Assembly (NCBI GenBank): GCA_048128005.1
Contig: JBEUKZ010000011.1
Coordinates: forward strand, 1-64,000
Direction: 5' to 3'
DNA length: 64,000 bases
Source of the DNA: Veleropilina oligotropha
Lineage: Eukaryota
Below, piece by piece: positions 33,963 to 47,834 of this stretch (position 1 is the stretch's first letter; every line of letters starts with the position of its first letter). The position numbers were made by a program, and so were the translations under genes. The notes beneath the pieces are model-generated. The model ran no database searches. It was not told where the DNA came from and worked only from the letters and a program-made list of their open reading frames with translations.

Positions 33963-35147
33963 GCCCAGCTGAGAATTTTAACCCACTCCTGTTAATTAGC
34001 GCTCTCAAGCAAGTGAATTTGGAGCCATGTTCATATCCACTCAACTAACGTTGCCAGATGACATTTAGGGACATAATGATGCACAAGCCGAACTTTGAGT
34101 AAAGTCAAGCTTTGGGTAAAGTTTAAAATAGATTTAAAATATGTGTTTGGGTTTTAACCATTTAGGAAGTGCATTACTGCTATTCATATTAAAATCCATT
34201 GTAATCGCAGTAATGCATTTCCTAAACCCAAACAAATTATATTTTAAACTTACCCAAAGTTCGGTTTGCGCATACGGCCCTTCGTACCACTGTCTTCACC
34301 CATATCATTATGCCAACTGCATAACAGTTACGATCGGCTTCTCCAGTCAATAAACTATTTCACATATGACGACAACACAACACACCTTGAAAATACCAAT
34401 ATAAGCTTTATTAGAGACGGAAAATGGCGGCAATTTCATGCTGCCTGGAAACCACTGACATTGAGCAATGCATGATACAACAATACTGACGACGGCATCT
34501 ACAACGTGCATAATGCATCACATTAACACAAGAGAGAGGCTACATCTAGAATATCGCAGACACACTCCAACGGAAAGCACAGAATGCACGTCTGGATTAT
34601 TTCTGGGTGCGATTGTCCAAGAAGCTTTGAACGACGATCAAGTCCCTCCTTATTTGATTAAATAATGCCACGAGACAAATCAAAATGGCTGCGGTGGATA
34701 GTGAGTGTGTAATGTGCTTTGCCACTGGTAAGCAACTTATGTACTTGCAATTTCCCCTGATGCACTCTTGTTCCAAGGCTAAAAATCACGTTGAAATATC
34801 CATTTTGAGTAGAATTACCCATGACCTTTTGGGGAAAAAAGTGAATTGACATTATAAAATTCAATGTTATCTTGAATGATGTTCAAATGCAATGTTAAAT
34901 TTGGATATGCTGAAGAAACTGAAAATCTCTTGCAGATTATATCAACTCTAGTGAACTTGTAATTACTTTTTATCAGAAATAAATCTATTTCTGTAATTTT
35001 TACAAAAGGAAAATCAACATTTCTCTTGTGATGATGCAATTGTCTAAAGGCAAAAACACTACATTCAAATATTATACATTTTAACAATTATAATATAAAT
35101 CAAATGCACCAGAACATCAATATGGGATTCCATAAACACAAGTACTA

Positions 35148-37134
35148 CCGTAAAATGGGGTCAATATTCTGTTTTATCTTACTTTAGCTCTTAATACTGC
35201 AATCTGATTGGTTAACGTTCCTTCGACAATTACCGTATTCCCCACCCAGGCGGGGTATATGAATTATTTATACCTTGCGTAGTTGTGTGTACTATTGTGA
35301 TTTGGAGCGCCCTCGAAGACAAACGGAGATAATTGTGAACATGTCGTCTGCCAAAACATCAATGCAAATGTTAAGTCTTGGAATCGTCCATCGTTTCGAA
35401 AATTTTGCATCAATTTCATTTTTAGTTGACATTTTCATGTAAAATGAATATCCAATTATCCTTATTTAGCTAATTTGGGTGTTTACTTCGCTTCCTATTA
35501 TTCTCCTGTGCAGAGACGTCATTTCTTTATCGTACTGTATAGAGTATTCTTAATTTCTCTGCCTGGAGAGTGACGGTTGCTAGGCATTATTATTTCCTTC
35601 TAATGGGCGCGTCAGAATATCTTCAATATTTTATATAATGTATATTGGTATGGATGTATTTGCCACAAACAAACTTTGTGTATATTTCAATAATCATGCC
35701 AATTATGATAAAATATCACAGTTATAACGGAAGGAATATTTTTTATATTTAACACGAGTTTTGCACATGATCTTCGGCAGAGCTGAAAACATTATTTTAG
35801 GAACGCGTTTTTTTTGTAACAACAATAGCATATATAAAATGGTTTCTTTCACGGAGTTACGAAGTTGGAAAAGAAACTTGTTCAAAAGACTTGATTTTAT
35901 TATATTGAAGTAAGATAAATTCGTTGTCGGCATAGCCCTCGTGAAATATGAGTCTATGTACCGTTTGTGAGAATTTATTAACCGAGACGACATCGTCTCG
36001 GTTAATAAATTATCACAAACAGGTACATAGACCCATATTCCCCTCGGGCAATGCCGACAACTTATATTGTATCTATTTACAGTTTTAAAAACTTTTTTTT
36101 ATAACAAAAAAATATGTCCATGAATCAGTACTAAAGCATGACGATTGATTTATTTTAATATTCATGATATTTTTATTTGTTAGTGCTTGTCCATATTCAC
36201 CCCAGATACGGGGGTGAATAGTGCATCCTACTATATCAGATTCTGTTATTATACCCTACTATGGTTTTAAAAAAAATTCACAATATTGATAACAAAACTA
36301 ATTTGGATTTTAATGACATATCAATTAAATATTTAATGCAAAGTCATCGTTAAGCCTACTGACAAATTATAAAACATCTTTTCTGTTAACCAATATCAAT
36401 ACACATCTCTATACATTTGTTTTACATTTCCATCTGTCTCATAAAAGACAGAACACACTAGAACACCTCTTTTTAGATCCATGGCCTTTTGAATGTTCTT
36501 TATATCGTCAATGATATAAAAACATCTCATCCTTATTTTCCGGCCACTTCCAGTTAACCCACTCATTTCCCTAGTGTTAATGACGCATCCTCCCTTCAGT
36601 AACTGAAGTGATATGGTACCGGTGCCGTTCTTACTATCTTTGCATTTCTAATCAATTTAATCGTTTAATACAATCCAAAGTCGTCAAGACTATGTTTCTT
36701 ATATGGTTTACCTCCAGGATTTGGTTTATATGTTCTCGACATGGTGTCCCTATTCACCCCTGATAATTTTCACAATTTCACTTAATTATACAAAAATATA
36801 TAATTAACACATTTTTTGTTGGGGGGTATTGATACTTCAGAAATAACTACAGGACACTTGTGCCTTTGTCTACATTCATCAATGATTAAATATATGCATT
36901 AACTTTGGCTACACAGACAAAGTTTTGACCATATATGAAAATTGAACAAGGGTCAAACCTGTATAATGTGACCCCTATTGCTAAAAATATTAGATTTATT
37001 AAATATTTTGATATGGCAGAGTTTAAAGTAATCATGTATCTCTCTGAAAACAAATAATAAAAAAATCACAACTGATTTAAGTAGTACCTTTAAAGCTTGT
37101 AATGATTTTTGTCCCTATTTACCCCATTTTACGG
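35148..37134 (-). mobile_element. Deleted pogo/Tc1-mariner-type DNA transposon
   Basis: TA|CCGTAAAATGGGGT ... ACCCCATTTTACGG|TA. Minus-strand remnant MSRTYKPNPGGKPYKKHS from ~36743, resembling a transposase N-terminus; internal GTCC.TATT.ACCCC repeats. Confidence 0.7.
35174..36068 (+). mobile_element. Hairpin-bearing Crypton-like non-autonomous element nested in the pogo-like element
   Basis: Inverted repeat TTATCTTACTT (35174) / AAGTAAGATAA (35908), CTGATTGG, and a ~140-bp terminal hairpin (35922-36062). The 5' ~190 bp is nearly identical to 21560 onward. Confidence 0.65.
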
Positions 37135-39958
37135 TACCATCTTCATTATGATCGGTTGCACGGGCAGATTTCCCTCCGGCCGGTTGACTGTCTAATTGAT
37201 TCGAATGCTGTTAGTGCTTCCATTATACTATTGGCATTGCAAATATGGCACAATTTAAAAACATTCATTTGAAAACAAAGTCCAATACGATAATAGAGTC
37301 GAGTTGTCTGACATGTCCCATGATTACATGGATGAATGTATCAACCAGATGAAATATACTGGCTTCTTCGTAAAGAATATAATAATTTCAAAATTGGTAT
37401 TTATTTCCATTCATAAGCAAATGTGAACAGGAATTTTTGCCGAAATATATTACTGTATAACTAAATTATTCGAGTTAGCAATGAACCCTGGAGTGTGCAA
37501 CCGTTTTGATTATACACAGAAACTTGATATTGCATCACCAGTCGTCACAGTTATAGAACATCTTGAGCTCGCCAAGCTAGGAGGAAGGTCACACGACTAT
37601 TTAACAGCTGTCGTTTTAAATGAATATCTAAAGAATCAGATATTGCCATCTCAGATATACATCATTATATATTGGACTCTGTTTCCAAAATAAAATTCCA
37701 TACGACATTCAAGAAAAACTAGTGTCTAGGTCTAATCTAATTATTCCGTAAAACAATACATATACACATGCATTATGTACTACAAAGAACAGTCAACATT
37801 TATATACTGCCAGACTTGGTCATCGAAAACAAATATGATATTATTAGAGATGCTAGAATGAGTTTCTAAAATAAATACTTGGATACTATTATTATCCTTA
37901 TCCAACATTTGGTGACGTTTTAAACATGCTGTTGACAATTGCTGGTTTAAGTTGATGTGTCTGAACAATTAGATGTCCATTTGTAAGTTATTTAAATATG
38001 ATCTGTTGATGTTTACTCACAATGTCACTAATATTCGACATTTCAATTTCACAATGGCTTATAACAAAGTTAATTCAAAAACATATATTTTAGATTATCG
38101 CATTGGAGCCGAAGTTAATTAACCAAGCCCGACTCACAATCATCAGACCTCACAACCAGTATTCCAGTATTAAAACATGAAAACGTAATTCCCCACACAA
38201 CACTCAATATACAAAGGCATGATCCGTGAATGAAATAATTACAAACTCTGCAAAATTGACAATGGCAAAATGTTGTTCAGTCAGCATAGTGTGGCATCTC
38301 ACTGTCATGATGGTATGAATGGTAGTCAGCATAGTGTGGCATCCCAATGTCATGATGGTATGAATGGCAGACTAAAAACACACATTCATCTGTCAAATCA
38401 CATTGGACCGACCAAATTATAATACAGCTCTTCGCCATCATTACGGTGTTTATAACTAATTAATATTTCACACAACACACCTGAGGCCCAGCAGAATACA
38501 TCACCTGCTAACTCACAAAATGATGTACTTTAGGACAAGCCATTCATTCATTTGGCAAGATTGCGCTTGATCAGATCTGGCAAACATAAGGAGTGTAAAG
38601 TTATCTATCTAAAAAGCAATATACGAGACTTGGTCCCAGATTCATCAATCAAAACACGAATTTAACGCATCATCAGAATACAGTACGTCAAAAATTATTC
38701 ATATAAATAACAAGGGTGATTATCATTTTGTTAGGAATAATTATAAATCGCTCTACAGCAACCGACTTGAGAGCGATATATTTAAGACACGGTGTCTGCT
38801 TATATCAGATTTAATAATGTCTAGTTCTATATACCAGATCTCCATTAAAACATTATCGTGACGTACTTGTTCATACATTAAACCTAGAGCAATAAGAAAC
38901 TGTCATGGAATAGTTGTAAAAGAAGTAACATATATGATTAAATATAATCAATAGAATTAAAGGCTTAAACATCGAATAAATCTACAAATTACAACTACAT
39001 GTACCAACTGAAATAACCTGAACAAATAACAATGTGCATGAAAAGAGAAAATATTCAGATCTAATCCCAATAAAATCTTTTCACCTACAACCTTTACAAT
39101 GACACAGCTGAGTACCAAGCATGTATATTCTATTAATTAATTTCTGAAAATAATTAAAATCACATTAAGAATTGTGGCAGAGTGGTTAGCAAATTGACTG
39201 ACAAGATTACAAAATCTGACATGATAATAGGATACAATGATTGTGGTTATATCTGATTATACAGTGACAATGAAAAATTAATGTTAAATTACAAAAATAA
39301 CAAAACATCAATAGCTTGAGAAATCTAAATGCCGCTAATGTATAAAACATTTACTAAATAATAAAATTGGAACTGTATCGTAGGACATCGCCACAAGAGT
39401 GCAGCACAACATGCTTGTGTAAAAGGCATAACATAATCACAAAGTTCAAACGTATTTCAAGAATGTTCATTTCGCTACTTGCAAACAACATTGAAGGCGA
39501 TCTTGTTTCTGGTCCACCAACAAAGCAACTAATGTTGTTTCAATACATGTAATTAAATGCTTAAAAGTAAATAAATAGATTAAATAAGACTCTACAAGGT
39601 AACTAACAAAAACTTAAAAAATAATGTATAGGGTTATATTATCAAAGAGGTTAATAATCTCAGTACAAAACTTAACAGAAAATGAGGATTGATGTCATAT
39701 TCATTAACAAAATCTACTTAACAATGCAGTGCTAAAACAAGAACACAATCTGGATGGAAGTTACGTATACTAGCATATACGACATTTGCAACACGTATCG
39801 AGTTTTAGATACTGCTGACAAAAATCGACAACCTAACGATCACAAATGTGAAACTAATAATTCTCATATACAGAATAAATAAAAATAGAATCTGCACATG
39901 AATATGCGCTAATAAGAGGGACTGCAAATGAAGAATGCTGAAGATTTGTTGAGTAGAT

Positions 39959-42900
39959 TTAAGCTATGACTGGTGACGTTTCGTTATTCCCATCAATGGC
40001 ATCTGGGTCGACTGCCTTCACTTCAGGAATCTGAAAATAGCAACACTGTGTCAAAGCAATCACACATAGCATCATTTATATTTGCAAATCTACAAAGTTA
40101 CTGACAAATATGAGTAATAATCCAGGTATTCTTCTATTGTTACATAACTTTATACAAGCAAGGCGTACTCCATAATTTCAGGTATGAAAGATATGGTTTT
40201 AAATATTTGTCAACTAATAAGATTTTTCATTATTATATCCACACTGAAAGCTAGTTGTCACCATATATTTTATCCAAACTTTCATATTTTAATTTAATAA
40301 TTTCATTCATTTAGTGTGCGTCCCACTTTGTCATAATTATTATATGGAAGTGCATGTATAATGGATTTAGGGCACACGTTATGTGTATAAAATATGAAAC
40401 AAGTGCATCTGAGAGGAAGTCTAGTTGAGCCATAATGATAAAGTCATCGTGGATATACACCACACAGACAGACAGACAGACAGACTTAATACAATAGTTT
40501 CTCCATAAATGGCTCAACTAACAATGAAAGTTCTTTAATACCATTGAATAGTAAATGAATTGAGTTTTTCCTGTTGGAAAATAAGAAACTGCCTTGAGTG
40601 TCAATGGTATATTTGAAAGTTTTTATTGTTAAGATTATATTTCTGTATTGTTGCACAATATGATAACGTGGCCCTCAAAATTAAAATTTATAGGTGGTAA
40701 TGCTGATCAAGGAAATAAGGAGGCAGGCTGACCCATCTAATCTACAATATGTGTATGATCTCAGAGTACAAATTACAAAAATTAATATAATATAATATGA
40801 AATACGTTTTTAAACCTCCCAAACTTTTGATTACCTCTTTAGGCACTGCGCATTGTGTTCTCACCTCGTCAATAATTTCCGGTTTGTCTTCCAATTCCTT
40901 TTCTTCCATCTCATCTTTCTTCAAACTGAAAAAATTCATCAAATGAACAATGAGAACTCGAGTTATCACAGAAATGATCATAATTATGCCCCCACAAAAA
41001 CGCTTGACCCATAAACAGGCTGTCGCAGTAACACACTTTTTGGGGAGGTTATGAGGCATACACACATCAAGTTTTGTGTGTCTCGGTCAAATAGTAAGAG
41101 AGTTATGGAGCTGAATGGAATTTTGGATCAAATGCGGTCAAGCGTGAAAGGTAGGTCGCAGTGACCTACTTTTGGTACCCGACCGTTTCGTGTCTCGGTC
41201 AAATAGTGCGAGAGATTTGGAGCGGAAGGGAATGTTGGACCAAATGTGGTCAAGCGCGTAAAGTAGGTCGCACGTCGCAGTGTCGTACTTTACGTACGCG
41301 ACACACCTTTGGGTTAAGATGCATCCACAAATAAAGATTCGTGTCACCAGGTCAAATAGTATCGGAGATATTGAGCGAAAGGGAATTTCCACTAGACCGA
41401 CCCACAGACAGACAAGCTGTCTACTATATAAAAAAACCCTCGCTTGTGGAGGCATAAAAACAACAATGGATCAATCTCCGTTCACCATATAATGTGGAAT
41501 TTGACTTATAATGTGATGGTGTTACAATTAAGTCTCTATGACGAAGACGTAAACGGCAAGAGAGTAAAACTAAATAAATTGGGAATTGCTTCGTGTATCC
41601 AGATCCGTAATCCAATCCAGATATCTTCGATGAGGACCGAGCCACATACGTCATCCCATCTTATGTAAAAATTCAAGTAAATTGGACCAATGTTTTATAG
41701 ATATGCTCGCAGACAAACATACAAAGGGACAAAATGGCAATACCATCCCTCCTCCCTTTGGAAGCGAGGATATGTTCACTGAAGAGTCGGTTCTTCACAA
41801 CTAGGGATGTATAAACATTGTGGGTGTGAGGTTATACAAGTACCATATGTTATTCTTAAATTCAGTGTTGACCAAAAAACTATTTTAAGCAATGATCTTC
41901 ATCTCGTTGGAATCTACACATTATTACTGACACTTCCATCAAATGTCAATTATTTTCTATTTTTAATCAACATCAATCAACGGAAGGAAAACAATACTAA
42001 CTCATCTGCGTCCTGATTGTCCTTGGACAAGAGATCTTTCTTCTCGCTGAAAATAAATAAAGTAAAGTAGTATATTGTCTCTGATCTGGCAAACTAAAAG
42101 TGCTGACGACCAGGCAAGCATAACATGTAACAGATGACAATTTGATGATGATCAGATATACTGCAACTGTGAATCCCGCTCCTCAATAAGTAAGTACATT
42201 CCACGCCTAAAGTCCACTGGGTGGTGTACTGAATAAGATCGTGTCAATTTCGTGGCTTCTCTGCTTCAAAGGAGAATGTTTGCATCCTCAGCTGGAACTG
42301 TGTTCAGGTAACAATCACAGTTGTCCATAACTGGGCGGTGTTCCTGGGTGACCAATAATATGGACATGGTGTATTAAGCATCGAAACAAACAAACTCGCA
42401 GCAATCGCCAGGAAACCTTAAAATATCAGTCCGTATACAACCAATCGAGGAACAAAGTTTGATTAATGCAAATGCTACTGCTTTTAAAAGTAGTCCACTT
42501 TTTAACACAATTTTCATCAGAAAGATTCTTGATATGTTCAGGGCCACCTCTTAATTAATCCCAAAGTTTAAATTGTGCTAGTTATTGTGAGTAATAAGTG
42601 GTGATAAATATTTACTGAGGCGCTAAAGATTATAAAGGGTTATAGAAAAATATTAGTTCAATCATCATCTAAATACAAAGGAATACAATAAATCGGGAAT
42701 GCTTGGCTACGGCAAAGCAACGATAATCAGACCTACGTTAGTCAGAATACTGATTATCTATGAAATGAAACGAATGAAACATATACCGGTAACAGAATAT
42801 TAATATTTCACTACATGTATTTACATTCAGATGATGCTTGCAGTATATTAAATGTTGCATGTTGATCACGTCTAGTCTTCAAATTATATGTTGAAATAGT

Positions 42901-45900
42901 CAAGGAATATCACTACTACACTACATGTTAGATGAATTCACCACTGTTCTTACATATAGTGGAGGCCGCTTCGGCAGCGCAGTGGGTAAGAGTGTCCACT
43001 CTAAATTCACTGGCTTGATTCCGCTAATGCGAACAGTAGTGGGTTCAATACCTGGCAGAGGCATTGACATTTGTTCAAGTTATGAATCACAGTTGTCCGT
43101 GACTGGCCGAAGAGGGCGGGTTTACCCGGGCGACCGGGGTTTCCTCCCGCGATAACACGGACATGTCCTGCCTTGAACCTCGATGTTGTAAATATACAGG
43201 ATATTAAGCATCATTCCTCCCTCCCTCCCTCTAAGTCTTACATATAGTGATAACTAAGTGCCCTTAAAAGTACTAGCTGTGCGCTTGTGATGTACAACAC
43301 TTCACTGACATCGGTAGATGCGGAATAAAAATAATAACACAGAGGTAAATACAACAATTAAAATACATCCAATATGCATGCCCAATTACGCTTATTATAC
43401 ATTATTTGGAAACATTGTTTACATGTTACAAATTATCCATTGTGATTTAAATGAGTTTAAAATGGAAAGATTATATCTAGACTCAATCATTATGAAAGTG
43501 TTTTTGTTAACTGAAGTGTTCTGTAGTTGTGATATATAACCATAAACAATGCAAAGTGGAGACAATACAGGATAAAATCTTTGCATACAAAAAATCAAAA
43601 TACGAGATTTTTACATTACAATGACACTAATCTTGTAATCTACAGTTTAATTGTAATTCCTTCATTAACTTGGCCCAATTTTAATTTAATTTAACACTGT
43701 TGTACTTGTTTACAAAGCCATGCATGACCTAGCTCCCAGTTATGTTAAAGATCTCATCGATATACAGCGATCAAACAGAGTGTCACGGTCAACTGCCCAT
43801 GAGCTACTTGATGTGCCATTTGCACGAACAAATCTTTTTAAGCAATCTTTTAGAGTGAACGGACCTTCACTTTTTAATCTTCTTCCTCTTCGTGTTAGAA
43901 ATTGTGATACTTTACGTTGTTTTAAAGCGACTGCTTATCAATTTTATCTTTCTGAATTTAGAACAACTATTGTTTAATCCAATATATATTTTAATTTCAA
44001 TTTTAATTTTAATCTTGAAAGAGTATATTATATTTCCCTACTTTTATTTTTATTATTGTACTTATAATTGCCTACTTTTACTTTATGCTTTATTGTCTTT
44101 TATCTTTTATAGTATTTATTTGTGAATCTGTTCTACCTTTATATTACTTTATATTATTTGTAAGTGTACATAAATAATTATGCTATTATTCCACTCGACC
44201 CTCATGAAAATAGGCAGTAAACCTACTGAGGCTATCGAGTTTAAATAAAGTCTATTATTATATTATTATTATTATTATTATTATAACTAGCAATGGTACC
44301 CGTCTCCGCCGGGTAAGTCCCCCCACCCCAAATTTTTTTTTTTTTTTTTTTGGATAGTGCTCCCTTAAATAATTTTTTTTTTCCCGAATTTTCCGAATTT
44401 TTTTCGTGGTAAACCTTCCTTGGGGGACCCCGATTAACCCCCCAAAGTTTGAAGGTCCTAGGTCAAAGCGTCTGGGAGGAGTTCAACTTGAAACAGACAG
44501 ACACACATACAATTATAGCTCCATTATATTAAGATTTGATTTATTGCTTGAAATATAAACATGCTACATTCGAGTTAACAAGCTTCTGTTTCCTTAAGAC
44601 TTGATCTTAAATTCTGAAAATTAATGTACTAGTATAAATCATTGTGGCATAACATGTTACAAATAAGTAATATTAGATTTGGTAAGAGAAAACTGACTAA
44701 ATATATTAATACACGAACACAGAGAAAACTGTGAGTAAATATATTAATACACGAACACAGAGAAAACTGTGAGTAAATATATTAATACACGGACACAGAG
44801 AAAACTATGAGTAAATATGTTAATACACACAGATAAAACTATGAGTAAATATATTAATACACGAACACAGAAACGTGTGAGTGAGAACAGAGGCTTGGTT
44901 ACTCTGATTATTCGGTAACTGAACACTGAGGCATGCGTGCGTATCGCCTTACTCGTCGGCCGGCTCGGGGTTCTCCGGGATGACCTCGGTGGCCTCTTCA
45001 GCTTTGGTGTCCCCCTCGGTCAGTGGTGCGGTCTCCTTGCTGTGGCGTTACAATCATAACAGCAAATTAATAGCATGCATCATACCCGTTGAACGTTCAT
45101 TAAGAAAATACACAGCTCACAATCATTTGCACAGATGGCTGTTGCCATTCAAAGCAAACATGTTGATTAACATATTGTCCTTTTCCTTGAACAGATCAAT
45201 ATTGTTCCTGGTCATAACAGTTGTTACATCAAAGTAGTACCATCAAAAATGCAATGAAAAACGCTGCCGTGAAACAGAACTGATAATAACAATGATAAGC
45301 AAGAATTTGAAAGGTCACCTGCTCTACAGTACCCACCTCTCTCTCCAACTGCTCTACGGTACCCATCTCTCACCAGCCTTTACACCAGCCCTACAGTACC
45401 CGCCATACTTCTCGCCACATTCTCTACAGTACCCGCCATACTTCTCTCCACATTCTCTACAGTACCCGCCATACTTCACCTGCTCTACCGTACCCATTTC
45501 TCTCAAGCCTTTACACCTGCCCTACAGTACCAACCTCTTCACATTCTCTGCAGTATCCACCTCTCTCTCCACCTGCCCTACGGTAACCACCTCTCCACAG
45601 TATCCACCTCTCTCTCTCTCCACCTGCCCTACAGTACCAACCTCTCCACATTCTCTACAGTACCCGCCTCTCTCCACCTGCCCTACTGAACCCATCTCTC
45701 TCTCTCCACCTGCCCTACTGTACCCGCCTCTCTCCACCTGCCCTATGCAGGGACCGCTCTGTCCACTCGCCACGTAGCCATTGGCTAACAAAGTTTAGAA
45801 ATAGTGTATTTTTGGCTAGGCTAAATAAACTTTGGCTAATTGTTAAAATATATCTATCAATAATTTTATTTCTCAGATTTGGCATACATGTGATATTTAG

Positions 45901-47431
45901 TTAGATGTGCTAACTTGTAGTTGTACAATCCTACTAGTATCGAATTCAGTACCGACTAATCTATCATATGATGGCTTGCACAACTTAAAATTTAGATTCT
46001 CACATGCCGTTGAAGTTTTTTTACATTATTGGCTACAAAAATTAAAATTTGGCTACAATATTTTTGTTTTGGCTAATTCATTGGCTAATGGTCATGGAAA
46101 TGTAGAGCTGTCCCTGCCTATGGTAACCACCTTTCAACATTCTCTGCAGTACCAGACTCATCCCACCTGCCCAACTGAACCCACCTCTCTCTCCATCTTC
46201 CCTATGGTACCCACCTCTCTCTGGCTTAAACACACAATCTCTCTTCAACCTACAGTACCCACCTCTCTCCACCTTCCATATGATACCCATATATCTCATG
46301 CTCTACAGTACCCACCTTCCTTATGGTACCTGCCAAACAGTGCTCACCTCTCCTATGGTACACACCTCTCTTATGGTACATACCTCTCTCTCCAGGTATG
46401 GCACCTCTCTTACAGTACCCACCTCTCTCCACCCATGACACCTCTCTTACAGTGCTCTCTCTCCACCCATGACACCTCTTTTCCAGTACCCACCTCTCTC
46501 CGGCCATGACACGTCCACTACAGTACCAACCTCTCTCCACCCATGACACCTCTCTTACAGTGCTCTCCTCTCTCCACCCATGACACCTCTCTTACAGTGC
46601 TCTCCTCTCTCCACCCATGACACCTCTCTTACAATACTCGCCTCTCTCTACCGATGACACCTCTCTTACAGTACCCACCTCTCTCCGGCCATGACCCCTC
46701 TCCTACAATACCAACCTCTCTCCACCCATGACACCTCTTACAATACTCGCCTCTCTCTACCCATTACACCTCTTTTACAGTACCCACCTCTCTCCGGCCA
46801 TAACACCTCCCCTACAGTACCAACCTCTCTCCACCCATGACACCTCTTTTACAGTGCTCTCCTCTCTCCATCCATGACACCTCTCTTAGTGCTCTCCTCT
46901 CTCCACCCATGACACCTCTTTTACAATACTCGCCTCTCTCTACCCATGACACCTCTCTTACAGTACCCACCCATCTCCGGCCATGATACCTCCCCTACAA
47001 TACCAACCTCTCTCCACTCATGACACCTCTCTTACAATACTCGCCTCTCTACCCAAGACACCTCTCTTACAGTACCCACCTCTCTCCGGGCATGACACGT
47101 CTCTTACAATACCCACCTCTCTCCAGCCACGACACCTCTCTGACAATACTTGCCTTTCTCCGGCCCACCTCTCCTACAGTACCCACCTCTCTCCACTTCC
47201 CCTACAGTACCCACCTCTCTCCGGCCTCCATGTCCGCCAGCTTGTCCTTGGCGCCATCGTCCTTCCCACACAGACTCTTGCAGATGCAGTTGAGGATTCC
47301 GCACTTGTTCTTGTAGTAGCAGGTCACGTCAACGATCACCAGCAGGATGAGGAAGAAGATGAACACGATGCCGATCACCGCGCCCGTCGACAGCCCATCT
47401 GCCTCCTGCTGCTGGCCCGGGATTATCTCCC
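39959..47431 (-). CDS. NCAM/fasciclin-II-like cell adhesion molecule, transmembrane and cytoplasmic exons: 47431-47215, 45039-44953, 42046-42002, 40925-40865, 40030-39959 (5' exons lie beyond the window)
   Basis: GLSTGAVIGIVFIFFLILLVIVDVTCYYKNKCGILNCICKSLCGK..GAK.K..DMEAG matches the NCAM transmembrane/juxtamembrane signature. The GT-AG junctions join in frame to ..GNNETSPVIA*. Confidence 0.88.
40982..41460 (-). mobile_element. Non-autonomous HINE/MITE-like repeat
   Basis: TTATGCCCCCACAA / TTGTGGAGGCATAA inverted repeat, (ACAG)n, and internal GTGTCTCGGTCAAATAGT duplications. Confidence 0.5.
42962..43232 (+). mobile_element. Full-length SINE with 14-bp TSD
   Basis: Same family as 23757; TSD TCTTACATATAGTG. 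Confidence 0.85.
43695..44283 (+). mobile_element. 5'-truncated CR1/L2-group LINE tail
   Basis: LVYKAMHDLAPSY..RS..L.VP..RT..KQSF...GP.LFN.LP...R....L..FK is a typical ORF2 end; followed by AATAAA and an (ATT)n tail. Confidence 0.8.
44287..44534 (-). mobile_element. Short non-autonomous Helitron
   Basis: Minus strand A|TCTTAATATAATGGAG ... ACCCG hairpin ... CTAG|T; the 3' end is similar to 20743-20770. Confidence 0.7.
45320..47226. repeat. Degenerate CT-rich minisatellite (CAGTACCCACCTCTCTCC) filling the intron after the NCAM-like TM exon
   Basis: Many variants of CAGTACCCACCTCTCTCC(GGCC), interrupted by an unrelated insert at ~45770-46105. Confidence 0.85.
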
Positions 47432-47834
47432 CTACAATGTAGACGTTAACATGGTGATTATAGTTGTCTTTGTGACAGAAATACAACCATCATGATGCTT
47501 ATTGTCCTGGTTAATAACGAAGGTCACATTAAAACATATCCAAGACCGAATACCCAGTAGAATTTCAGATATGAACATCACAGCAGGATTGGATAAAATT
47601 TAATGTGAAACAAAGATCACAACACAAACGAGGATATATCCATATTATAATGGGAGGAAAGCCTGGTTGCCTGGATGAACCTGCCAGTTACAGACAACTG
47701 TAAATGGTAACTGAACAAAGGAACACCCAGTAGAATTTCAGATATGGATCACAATTCTCAACTTACCTATGCAATAAACCAGATATTTATTATTATATTA
47801 TTATAAATTCATTAATTGGGTTAAATGTATTTAT

